Positions 11,548-20,104 of a DNA stretch of 64,000 nt are shown in pieces. The number at the start of each line of letters is the position of its first letter. Within the stretch, counting starts at the first letter, position 1. The translations under genes were made by a program, and so were the position numbers. Source of the stretch: Candidatus Zixiibacteriota bacterium (lineage in GTDB: Bacteria > Zixibacteria > MSB-5A5 > GN15 > FEB-12); the NCBI GenBank assembly GCA_028289585.1, contig JANQPI010000020.1:96039-160038 (forward strand). The letters are read 5' to 3'. The notes below the pieces were generated by a model. That model made no database searches. It was not told the origin of the DNA and worked only from the letters and a program-made list of their open reading frames with translations.

Positions 11548-12714
11548 CTAGCAGGGAGGCATGATTTCCGTTGGATCGCGATCGAGATTGCCGCGCAGTT
11601 TCTGATCGAGTTCGATCGATTCGAACAGCGACTGGAAGTTCCCCTTGCCGAAGCCCTGGGAGTTTCCGTGGCGCTGAATGAACTCGAAGAAGAACGTCGG
11701 CCGGTCACAAATCGGCTTGGTAAAGAGCTGTAACAGATAACCGTCGGACTCCTTGTCGCACAGAATGCCGAGCCGCTGGAGGTCATCGATGTTTTCGTTG
11801 ATCTGCAACTCGCCTGCCTGCTCACGTTCGCGCAACTTGTCGTAGTAGGTGTCCGGGATAGCGAGGAACTCACAGCCGTTCTTACGGAGGGCATCGATCG
11901 TTGCAATGATATCGGCGGTCTGGATCGCGATATGCTGTACGCCAGAACCATAGTATTGCTCGATGTATTCTTCGATCTGGGATTTTTTGAGTCCCTCGAA
12001 CGGTTCGTTGATCGGGTTACGGATTTTGGAGTCTTTGGTGCGAACGACCTTGGAGAGCAACGCCGAGTACTGGGTGCCGATGTCGCCTGCCTTAAAGTCG
12101 ACAAACGTCTCCATGTCCATCGCCTTGTTGAAATAGCTCGCCCAGAGATTCATCTCATTCTCGCGGACGTTGCCGACAATATGGTCGATTCCGAGAATCC
12201 CCGTTTCGTGATGGTCGAGTTGAATACTCTGCACCGGGGCGCAGAAGTCGGGACCAAATATCCCCTTGTAGTGGTCGCGGTTGACATACACGAGTTCGGT
12301 GTCGTCGTACAGACGAATCGCGGCCTCGGTGATGTGTCCCTTTTCCGGATGCCCATCTTCTTCGATCCGTTCCGGGCGGCGTACCATGACGGCACCGTTC
12401 TGTGTCGCGTACGTGAATGCGGCGTCGACATCGTCGACCTCAACCGACCAGCGCTTGACACCGTCGCCATGACGTTGAATCCAGCCGAGCACATCGTAGC
12501 AGTGCGGCTGCAACGCGCCGGTGACGAGCAGTTTGAAATTGTTCTTCTGCAGGTAGTAGCTGCACTTGTCGCGCACTCCCGTTTCGGCGCCGCGGTAGCC
12601 GACAATCTCCATGCCGAGCGCTTTGGCGAACCAGTAGGCGGTCGTTTTCGCCGACCCGACATAGAACTCGACATAGTCATAGCCACGGATTCCCATGATT
12701 CCGCTATCCGACAT
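11548..12714 (-). CDS. hppD: 4-hydroxyphenylpyruvate dioxygenase
   Basis: 388 aa, two VOC/glyoxalase-like modules, conserved HPPD C-terminal region; RBS-like AGGAG upstream. Confidence 0.9.
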   Translation of the reverse strand: MSDSGIMGIRGYDYVEFYVGSAKTTAYWFAKALGMEIVGYRGAETGVRDKCSYYLQKNNFKLLVTGALQPHCYDVLGWIQRHGDGVKRWSVEVDDVDAAFTYATQNGAVMVRRPERIEEDGHPEKGHITEAAIRLYDDTELVYVNRDHYKGIFGPDFCAPVQSIQLDHHETGILGIDHIVGNVRENEMNLWASYFNKAMDMETFVDFKAGDIGTQYSALLSKVVRTKDSKIRNPINEPFEGLKKSQIEEYIEQYYGSGVQHIAIQTADIIATIDALRKNGCEFLAIPDTYYDKLREREQAGELQINENIDDLQRLGILCDKESDGYLLQLFTKPICDRPTFFFEFIQRHGNSQGFGKGNFQSLFESIELDQKLRGNLDRDPTEIMPPC

Positions 12715-12910
12715 ATCTTGCTCCTCTCGAACTCCGATCGCTGGTAGTCGTCATTGATGGTCGTAACCCGATGCGGCGCTAATGGTTCCAGCGCGCCGGG
12801 ACGACCGGTGGACGGGCCGCCTGTCCGCGTCTACCGTCCTAAGCTGATAATATAGAGTGTGGATTCCCGCCCGGCAAGGTGTGCGCGGAGCGGCAGCCGG
12901 CGCAGGGCGC

Positions 12911-13414
12911 TTAGGAACTGCCGAGCACCGACCAGACGAAGATACCGATCATCACCGCCGCGATCGTCACTTTCCCGACTCCCGCAACAAAGACGCCGAT
13001 AAACGACCCGAGTCCCGCGCGCAACGCGTTCGTGCGATTCCTGCCGAGTGTTGCCTCACCGACGACCGCACCGGCGAATGACCCGACGATAAACGTCACG
13101 ATCCCGAAGACCGGGAAGATAATCCCGGCAATCATGCCAACCACCGCGCCAATCGCCCCGGCCCATCCCCCACCGAAACGCTTCGCGCCGAACGCCGCAC
13201 CAAGATAGTCGAGCGCCCACGCGATCAGCATCAGCCCCGCCAGCCAGGCGACCGCCTCTCCGGAGATGTAGCTCCAGTCAGTCAGCCAGCCGAAGAGTAA
13301 CGCCGGGATGAAGATGAGCACCGTCCCCGGGATAACGGGCAGAACGGTCCCCGCGACTCCGACCAACATGACCAGTAGGGCGAGGATGAAGAGGGTAATT
13401 TCGATTCCGGTCAT
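12911..13414 (-). CDS. DUF456-family small integral membrane protein
   Basis: Gly/Ala-rich 4-TM protein; start chosen at MTGIEITLF... Confidence 0.55.
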   Translation of the reverse strand: MTGIEITLFILALLVMLVGVAGTVLPVIPGTVLIFIPALLFGWLTDWSYISGEAVAWLAGLMLIAWALDYLGAAFGAKRFGGGWAGAIGAVVGMIAGIIFPVFGIVTFIVGSFAGAVVGEATLGRNRTNALRAGLGSFIGVFVAGVGKVTIAAVMIGIFVWSVLGSS

Positions 13415-13552
13415 ACAGACAGAATACGCTCTGAAGTTGCAAGTATTCAAGTCCCCATCAGATCGTGCAAAAAAACCTGAAGCATCTGGTTGCGGCTACG
13501 TACACCAGAGTCAAACAGAACGCGTAATGCGGGCCAAAGACCGGAGGGCAGG

Positions 13553-14398
13553 ATGAGAACGTTGATTCGAGTAGTGCTGATCTTTATCGGGACGTTTATC
13601 GTCGTTGCCGGGTGGGGATGGTTCAATATCTGGCGCTCGCCGAAGTTTGCGTCCGATGCCCTGACCCTGACCGCCTGCCAAGAGAATCCGGCAATCCTGA
13701 GCATGGAACAGTACGGCGCCGTTGGTAGCCACGCTCGCCCGTATGTCGTGGAACGACCTGACCTGGTGCTGTTCGGCGCCGAGCATACGAAAGACCCCGA
13801 TGACCCCCAGATTGCCAGAATCGAATCGGCGTGGGCGCAACTCGACCCGACGGTAGCACTTGTCGAGGGTCGACTCGGCTTCCTGATTCCGTACGTCATG
13901 AATCCGGTACCGACATTCGGCGAGAGCGGCTATGTCGCCAAACTGGCCCGGAGCGACGGTGCGGCGATCTATTCCTGGGAGCTCCCCAAGTCGGAGTTGA
14001 TTCTTGAACTCGTTAAGGTATACCCGCCCGAGCAGGTCGCACTCAGTCAGGTTCTGAGTCCGTATTTCAGCAACTACCGGTTCGGCAAGCCGGACGATCC
14101 GGAAGCGTTCGTCGCGCAATTCCTCAACCGCGCACACTACCCCGGACTGGAGAACACGATCGGCTCAATAGATGATATCGACCAAATCTGGCAGCAGGAT
14201 TTCGCGGATGTCGCCGACTGGCGGGAAACGTCAGATCAATGGGGACTGCCTGGCTACCTAGGCGAAATCGCGGCGTCGGCCAACATGATCCGCAATCAGC
14301 ATTTGGCCTGTGTGATTGATGGGTTAGTGGCGAACGGCGAGCGAGTGTTTGTGATCGCCGGTTCCAGCCATGCCGTCTGCCTCGACCCGGCGCTGTGA
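13553..14398 (+). CDS. membrane-anchored hypothetical protein, possible TraB/GumN family
   Basis: N-terminal TM helix; LFGAEH..D near N-terminus and VIAGSSHAV near C-terminus resemble TraB/GumN signature motifs; weak. Confidence 0.4.
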   Translation: MRTLIRVVLIFIGTFIVVAGWGWFNIWRSPKFASDALTLTACQENPAILSMEQYGAVGSHARPYVVERPDLVLFGAEHTKDPDDPQIARIESAWAQLDPTVALVEGRLGFLIPYVMNPVPTFGESGYVAKLARSDGAAIYSWELPKSELILELVKVYPPEQVALSQVLSPYFSNYRFGKPDDPEAFVAQFLNRAHYPGLENTIGSIDDIDQIWQQDFADVADWRETSDQWGLPGYLGEIAASANMIRNQHLACVIDGLVANGERVFVIAGSSHAVCLDPAL

Positions 14399-14408
14399 TG
14401 CGACAACC

Positions 14409-14748
14409 CAAGTGACCTGGGTGCCCCACCTTTCAGGTGGGAATCTTTGCGGCAGCCGAAGGACGACGAGTCATCCCGGCCCCTCTGTCATCCCGGCCCC
14501 TCTGTCATCCCGGCCCCTCTGTCATCCCGGCGAAAGCCGGGATCCAGTCTTTGTCGGGTGGGGCAGGTGAGGACACCTGCCGCCCACAGGAGAAAGTGAC
14601 GAATCGCGCTGTTCCGAGATTGTCATAGTGGCGGAGACGCGGCATGGGTTGAGAGTAGCAGACAGCTTTTGCAAGTGGCAATCACATTGGGGGAGCCGAA
14701 TTTGAGAATCCCACCCTAAAGGGTGGGCCACCCCGGCCTGATGACCAC
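14409..14748. repeat. MITE-like palindromic repeat element, copy 1 (about 340 bp): terminal inverted repeats GTGCCCCACCTTTCAGGTGGGAATC / GAGAATCCCACCCTAAAGGGTGGGCCACC, three perfect 17-bp tandem units GTCATCCCGGCCCCTCT plus hairpins CCCGGCGAAAGCCGGG and GGCAGGTGAGGACACCTGCC
   Basis: Seen directly; second copy at 15507-15850. Confidence 0.7.
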
Positions 14749-14755
14749 AGAGGTG

Positions 14756-15361
14756 CTATCGCGATGAATCGGAGAGAATGGAATCTCTTAGCCAAGCTCG
14801 ATGTATGCTATCTGCAATTCGAATGCTATCCCTGATTCTCTTACGGTGCTGCTCAACTCCGAGGTATCGCACACTACCCCTGTAAAACCGAACAGAGTCT
14901 CCCTCGCATGCCCATGATACTTGAAACAGATCTCCCCCACAGTAATCAGTGGTCACAAGGAAGGAAACCTCCGCAGTGTCGTTAGCGTCTGGCGCAACCC
15001 GAATCGGTATCCTAACGTCCACGGAGCCTCGAGCCTCTACCTCAAATTCGACCAGAGAGTTCGAAGGCTGCGCCAAGTCATTACTGCCCATCGGTCCCAA
15101 CACACACGTCATTGGCCCATGGCAAACAGAGGTGAATGTGACTATTAGATCGAAGGACTGTCCAGCAAGGGGGCCGACACCGTGTTTAGATCGGAAAGCA
15201 GAGGGCCACAGAGCGTTGGCACGAGCGCTACCGCGTAACGTATCTCCACGCGTTTTGGCTTCCCAATCCTTTGTCGGCGGCTGTGAGCCGATGCCGACGA
15301 AGATAGTCACCAACACTACCAACAATCTCAAGAAGTCCGTAGCTACCGTCATAGTCCCCAT
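14756..15361 (-). CDS. hypothetical secreted/membrane protein; diverged third paralog of the N-terminal domain of the 1098-aa protease (shared EFEVE...DYCxG segment)
   Basis: 201-aa ORF in low-GC island; local similarity to ORFs 20049-21053 and 16756-20052 N-termini; preceded (on its own strand) by the 91-bp repeat. Confidence 0.4.
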   Translation of the reverse strand: MGTMTVATDFLRLLVVLVTIFVGIGSQPPTKDWEAKTRGDTLRGSARANALWPSAFRSKHGVGPLAGQSFDLIVTFTSVCHGPMTCVLGPMGSNDLAQPSNSLVEFEVEARGSVDVRIPIRVAPDANDTAEVSFLVTTDYCGGDLFQVSWACEGDSVRFYRGSVRYLGVEQHRKRIRDSIRIADSIHRAWLRDSILSDSSR

Positions 15362-15420
15362 GGATCCTGTAGATTTGATTCACGTCATCGTGCGCGTGTG
15401 TAAGAAACGACTGCACAGGG

Positions 15421-15511
15421 AATCCGTCCAATGCCGATTTCAGCTCCCCCGATTGAACCTACCATTTGTTCTTAATGTACTATATACTAGCCAATCGGGC
15501 GGCTGATCGCC
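15421..15511. repeat. 91-bp direct repeat copy A (AATCCGTCCAATGCCGATTTCAGCTCCCCCGATTGAACCTACCATTTGTTCTTAATGTACTATATACTAGCCAATCGGGCGGCTGATCGCC)
   Basis: About 95% identical to 21094-21184; AT-rich core TTAATGTACTATATACT could be a promoter for the downstream minus-strand gene. Confidence 0.75.
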
Positions 15512-15850
15512 TGGGTGCCCCACCTTTCAGGTGGGAATCTTTGCGGCAGCCGAAGGACGACGAGTCATCCCGGCATCCCTGTCATCCCGGTCCTTCTGTC
15601 ATCCCGGCGCCTCTGTCATCCCGGCGCAGGCCGGGATCCAGTCTTTGTCGCATGGGGCAGGTGAGGACACCTGCCGCCCACAGGAATACGCTAAAAAACT
15701 CTACTCCTTAACAGTCTCCTGATTGGTGAAGCTTACGGGGCAATATAACCCCTAAATCGAGGTTTTATCTGGACCAGTTTTTGGGCGAAAGGTCACCTTC
15801 GCTAGCCATCTGGTAATGGACGGGTGGCCCACCCTGGGCTTGATACTTAG
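15507..15850. repeat. MITE-like palindromic repeat element, copy 2 (degenerate 17-bp units GTCATCCCGGCATCCCT / GTCATCCCGGTCCTTCT / GTCATCCCGGCGCCTCT, same hairpins; degenerate right end near GGGTGGCCCACCC)
   Basis: Direct comparison with copy 1; right boundary approximate. Confidence 0.6.
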
Positions 15851-15883
15851 CCTGCCTCAATGCCAGAGAATAGCCCCGTTTAA

Positions 15884-16708
15884 CTACTGACAGGTGGGCA
15901 GTGGAGAAAACGTGATGAACAGATGGTCCTGCAGAGCAGTTAGATCCGACAACCCTACGATACCGTCGGGTGAACCGTCGCAGTTCGCTTCCGCCGGACA
16001 AATCAAGGGACTAAGAGAGATAAAAAGGTGATCGACCAACGCACTGAAGTCCGCTAAGGACACTATGTCGAGTGGGTCGCCATCAACATTGCCAACGTCC
16101 GCGACACAACAACTACCTTGATCTTGTACGTGTAGGGCACCTGCCCAGACCGGATACCAAAGCGTAGTCGGTGTCCCACCCGCTGCCGCATAAACAACAT
16201 TTGGGAAGAGAGCGTGGGATGTATCCATTACGAAGGTGTTTCCAGCCGTCCAATGCTCAACGGTAAAGTGGAATGTCACCAGCTCTTGAGACTGGGGAGC
16301 AGCGGTCAAACCCGGCAAACTAATTAGCTGACCGGCAAACATGCAATGCTTCAGACTGTTAGATGAATCGACGTTGTTATTGTACATCGATGTGAACAGA
16401 TAGAAATTGAATGCACTGTCAACTGCTACAGGAACAACGGAACTATCCAGTCTGACTCCATCCAGATTCCAAACAAACTGTGCAGCTGCCATCTTGAGAA
16501 ACGATGAGTCGAGCTTGTACATGAACGACACAGCGAAGCTGGAGTCACCAACACTCAGATTAAGTGGATCAGACAACCTGAGTTTCATCGAATCAGGAAC
16601 ACCCGGGTCTAGGATGTCAAAAGCCGGTGCACTCGGAGCCGACAACAACGCCGTGCAATACAAGACCAAAGCAAAGCAACGGACTCCCCGAAAAGAATTG
16701 CATTTCAT
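15884..16708 (-). CDS. secreted protein with signal peptide and C-terminal tandem dockerin-like (EF-hand-loop) module; probably co-transcribed with the upstream metalloprotease
   Basis: 274 aa; N-terminal hydrophobic signal; C-terminus ...CCVADVGNVDGDPLDIVSLADFSALVDHLFISLSPLICPAEANCDGSPDGIVGLSDLTALQDHLFITFSPLPTCQ; 47-bp gap to protease gene. Confidence 0.6.
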   Translation of the reverse strand: MKCNSFRGVRCFALVLYCTALLSAPSAPAFDILDPGVPDSMKLRLSDPLNLSVGDSSFAVSFMYKLDSSFLKMAAAQFVWNLDGVRLDSSVVPVAVDSAFNFYLFTSMYNNNVDSSNSLKHCMFAGQLISLPGLTAAPQSQELVTFHFTVEHWTAGNTFVMDTSHALFPNVVYAAAGGTPTTLWYPVWAGALHVQDQGSCCVADVGNVDGDPLDIVSLADFSALVDHLFISLSPLICPAEANCDGSPDGIVGLSDLTALQDHLFITFSPLPTCQ

Positions 16709-16755
16709 GGCATAACCTCCTCCTCTAAAATACTAATGACCAAACTCCATCGCAA

Positions 16756-19700
16756 TCACGGACAGATCTCCAATAGACTGAAGCTGATATAGAGATGATC
16801 AATTATCGCTAATACGTCAGCCTGAGAAACGCCCGGCTCACAACTCCCTCCGACAGTTCGAAGGTTAGCACTCTCAGGGCAATGAATCGCAATAAAGTCA
16901 ATAAATAGATGATTGATGTATATGCTCAAGTCAGATTGAGTGACGTCGTTGTCACCGAATCCATATATATCACCCGCAGTTCGATCTGAAAAACGGCACG
17001 GACCGGCCTTACAGGTCAAGTGGCCATTCTCGGAAGCAACGTCAAACTTGCCGAGATTTGTTGACAAGTTCCAATCCTCTAGGAACTCAGACATACTATC
17101 CGGCTGTGTGATAACTAAGAACTGAAGTATGTCGGTAAGCGAGTGTTGAAGTGTATCCTTGATACCATCCGGATTCGGAGTAAAGACCCCGGTCCAGTTG
17201 CCGCTTTCAAAAGGACTATAATTGTCATCCTCGCCTGCGTCATAGAGATCCCAAATCAAGCAGCCCGCTGAAGCCTCAAACAAGCAATGATCCGCACATC
17301 CGGATTGACCAGAGAAATCGACACCATTCTCTAGTCTGTATTGACGACCCGTCTCAAGGTCAAGAACCGCGGCAAACGTATACTCATAGTTCCAGTTGTA
17401 GCCAAGGGAACCCAAGCCTGTACCAAGGGTATCGCGTAGAGCGCCTTGGAAGAACTCGGCGAATCCCTCGGACGAAGCCTTAACCGGGTCCGAATTCGAA
17501 GAGTCGCACCAAGAATGAGAGGAGATTAGACTTGTCCGGTCGTCAAAGAAACGGTAGTGGTCGTGAAAAGCGTGGGCATACTCGTGCAAAATAGCCTCTG
17601 GGTCCCGCAAATCGTATAGGTAGTCAACTTTCCAACTACTTATGCTAATGTGACCGTCGAGGTAGCCAGTCGTGTCAAAAGAACTTGTCGACATTGTTAC
17701 CCGAGGCGGTGGATCGATTCCGACTCGTTCGGTGAGTTGTTCAGCAGCGAAGCGTAGCACATCGAGAGCATAAAACACATCGGAATTGATCGAATCCGGA
17801 GGCAGGATGAAGTCGACAGTGTAGTTCCCTCCAGGTAAGTCCATTGACAGTACTGAATCTCGAAAGTACCCGTCGGAAAAATTGACCGATGTAACGGAGC
17901 AAACAGGCGTCACCGCAACGAGACGGATATAAGGATCGATCGCACCACTCCCGATTTCTCCATCTTCATTAGTGAATTCGAAAGTGAATTTACCCAGGGA
18001 ATCAGTAACCGTCGTGGCTATTAGGTCATCAGGATTTCCAAAAATAAAATCCTCGTCCCAGGCTTCCACGCGAGCTCCAATGATAGGTCGATCACCTTCG
18101 TTGTTTGGTCGTCTTCGATAATAGGTGGCAGTCCCACGTATAACGACCTTTCGGTTGTAGAACTGGTACTCTCGAGTGGCAGTATTATTCGTCTGGTCAG
18201 GCTCGCCAAAGCCACCAAGACTGTTCAGAATTACAACGATATTGCCAAGAAAACTCGCCTGTTCAATCGGTTTAAATTCGACATCTTGGAAAAAGAGTAG
18301 CTGATTAGTTTGCGGTTGAATCGATTCAACAAAAAGATATGTCGATTGGGATACCTGATTATTGACTTCTATCGAAAATGCTCCGGATTCACCCAGCCCG
18401 TCATTCCTTACGCCGATGCAAACGCGATTCGGCTCACCCATGTACAACGTGTCATCAACCAAGCAACCGAGATCTTGAGAGACCGAAAAGACGTCCGGTA
18501 GGAAGGGATCCTGGTAGAACTCTAGGTCAAAGTTTGGCTTCCCGCGAACTTCCAAGTCGTCAATATAGACTCCTAATTTGTCATTTCCATCGTCATAGCC
18601 CGAACGGAAAGTAAAAATTAGAAAGACAGAATCCGGTAGAGTATCTATAGGCGTAGAGCCTTGACGAAACGTCTTGAGCGGAAATGAAATCGACTGCCAA
18701 CCGTTTGACGTTCCTCCGTAGGTGAGGAATCCGTTGACTAGGCTATTAGTGTTAAGGGAATCTCGGGAGTGAGCATATTGTACTACAAAAAAATTGTTTG
18801 AGAAGACCTGTTCAAAATCAAACCAGCACTGGAAAATGCAGTTTGCACTACGGAAGCCAGATAAATCAATTCCGATAGTATCGGCAAGAGTCGCGATCAT
18901 CCCTGGCGGGTAGGCTGGCGCGGGGCTATCCGCCGTGTCACTTGCACCTGCACACCAAATCGACGGTACAAAAGCACTCCCATGATAAAAGCTCGCGCCC
19001 CAGTGGGCCACGCCGTTGCCGGGATCGGAGTCGTAGCTTTGCCATCTATCCGATAAACCAAAATTGAATTCATCCTTGAAAATGATCGAGTCACTCGTGT
19101 TCACTTCTCTTCGCGGAGAAGAATCGCTAGTCGTGTCCTGCTGCTCACCAGGGGCGGTGATTCGGGAGTTCACAAATTCAGCAAACCACATCAATAGCGA
19201 ATCAATCTGAGCCGCGGCTGTTGATGTCGCTGTCTTTGAAACATACGCCCAGTAGTGATCGGGTGCGTACGGTACGAGTGAGTCGACTCGATCTCGCACA
19301 GCAGCAACCACCTCAGGTGTGAAAATAGCCATTCTCCGCCGAGCGGTCTCGGGAGTTTGATCGGAGTGTGGTGTGTTCACTGAGGGGTCGCGGATAGGCT
19401 TGAGGTCGTTTGCTAATCTGACCGAGTCAATCATCTCGCTGACTCTGCGATTGTGCTCGAGAATCTCCTCAAGCGGAATACGACCTTGCATAGTATCGGA
19501 GGCCCAGTATTGGCTCGCCATTTCACGCAATCTCGCGTTCAGCGACCATCTCTCCAGAACTTCGACAACATTCTGGCCATTATTGAACGCATCATGTGGT
19601 TTATTGCTGACTGTCACTGAATCGACATAGTCTGCAATGTAAATATGAAAGAAATTGAATAATCCGTTACAGTAGTCGACACTGACAGGAAATGCGGTGT

Positions 19701-20052
19701 AGCGCTCAGGCGGATACTGCAATTCGACCTCAAACTCAATCTGCCGCTGCCCATTGAGATCCAACTCCAACTCATTGGGAACAGGACGTGGCATTTCTTG
19801 AGGGCTAGAAACCCCTATTCTCACAGTCGGACAGTTAAGGTACTCATCCCGGGGCATCGCCGTTACACGCACCCTAACAGGCTGTCCGCGGATAACCCCG
19901 CCGACAACTTCGAGACGAGTTTCGATTGAGACATTCGGCAGCTTGCGGGGCGTAGCATCGCTTTGTGATACGAGAATTATTAGCGAGAAAAGAACGAAAA
20001 TCGTAAGTCGCTGTGGAGCAATCATCACACACCCCCAGTTTGGATGACTCAT
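16756..20052 (-). CDS. large secreted zinc metalloprotease (HExxH: LHEYAHAFH) with N-terminal paralogous domain, central beta-rich domains and C-terminal dockerin-like module
   Basis: 1098 aa; signal-like N-terminus; HEYAH motif; C-terminal ...DNDVTQSDLSIYINHLFIDF...GVSQADVLAIIDHLYISFSLLEICP; low-GC composition. Confidence 0.7.
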   Translation of the reverse strand: MSHPNWGCVMIAPQRLTIFVLFSLIILVSQSDATPRKLPNVSIETRLEVVGGVIRGQPVRVRVTAMPRDEYLNCPTVRIGVSSPQEMPRPVPNELELDLNGQRQIEFEVELQYPPERYTAFPVSVDYCNGLFNFFHIYIADYVDSVTVSNKPHDAFNNGQNVVEVLERWSLNARLREMASQYWASDTMQGRIPLEEILEHNRRVSEMIDSVRLANDLKPIRDPSVNTPHSDQTPETARRRMAIFTPEVVAAVRDRVDSLVPYAPDHYWAYVSKTATSTAAAQIDSLLMWFAEFVNSRITAPGEQQDTTSDSSPRREVNTSDSIIFKDEFNFGLSDRWQSYDSDPGNGVAHWGASFYHGSAFVPSIWCAGASDTADSPAPAYPPGMIATLADTIGIDLSGFRSANCIFQCWFDFEQVFSNNFFVVQYAHSRDSLNTNSLVNGFLTYGGTSNGWQSISFPLKTFRQGSTPIDTLPDSVFLIFTFRSGYDDGNDKLGVYIDDLEVRGKPNFDLEFYQDPFLPDVFSVSQDLGCLVDDTLYMGEPNRVCIGVRNDGLGESGAFSIEVNNQVSQSTYLFVESIQPQTNQLLFFQDVEFKPIEQASFLGNIVVILNSLGGFGEPDQTNNTATREYQFYNRKVVIRGTATYYRRRPNNEGDRPIIGARVEAWDEDFIFGNPDDLIATTVTDSLGKFTFEFTNEDGEIGSGAIDPYIRLVAVTPVCSVTSVNFSDGYFRDSVLSMDLPGGNYTVDFILPPDSINSDVFYALDVLRFAAEQLTERVGIDPPPRVTMSTSSFDTTGYLDGHISISSWKVDYLYDLRDPEAILHEYAHAFHDHYRFFDDRTSLISSHSWCDSSNSDPVKASSEGFAEFFQGALRDTLGTGLGSLGYNWNYEYTFAAVLDLETGRQYRLENGVDFSGQSGCADHCLFEASAGCLIWDLYDAGEDDNYSPFESGNWTGVFTPNPDGIKDTLQHSLTDILQFLVITQPDSMSEFLEDWNLSTNLGKFDVASENGHLTCKAGPCRFSDRTAGDIYGFGDNDVTQSDLSIYINHLFIDFIAIHCPESANLRTVGGSCEPGVSQADVLAIIDHLYISFSLLEICP

Positions 20053-20104
20053 ACTACCAATGACAGTATAGAGTATGACGTACCGCGCACGCAGTCACCA
20101 AACT
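20032..20104. repeat. 73-bp segment (5' UTR plus first 7 codons of the protease gene) near-identical to 21023-21094
   Basis: Exact match except a 1-bp indel; tandem duplication signature. Confidence 0.85.

Noticed and set aside
11932-12747. 271-aa + strand ORF and 11502-12104 / 12150-12686 minus-frame ORFs overlapping hppD
   Set aside because: Opposite-strand/alternate-frame ORFs within a well-supported hppD gene
14466-14535. Tandem 17-bp repeats as a possible CRISPR array
   Set aside because: Units are directly adjacent with no spacers, only 3-4 copies, and no cas genes; it is an internal feature of the MITE-like element
14370-14628. Overlapping ORFs 14370-14570 and 14437-14628 (and 15466-15722 in copy 2) encoding ...VIPAPLSSRPLCHPG... 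/ ...SVIPAKAGIQSLSGGAGEDTCRPQE...
   Set aside because: They are translations of the palindromic/tandem repeat element itself (repeat-derived spurious ORFs), present in both copies only because the DNA repeat is
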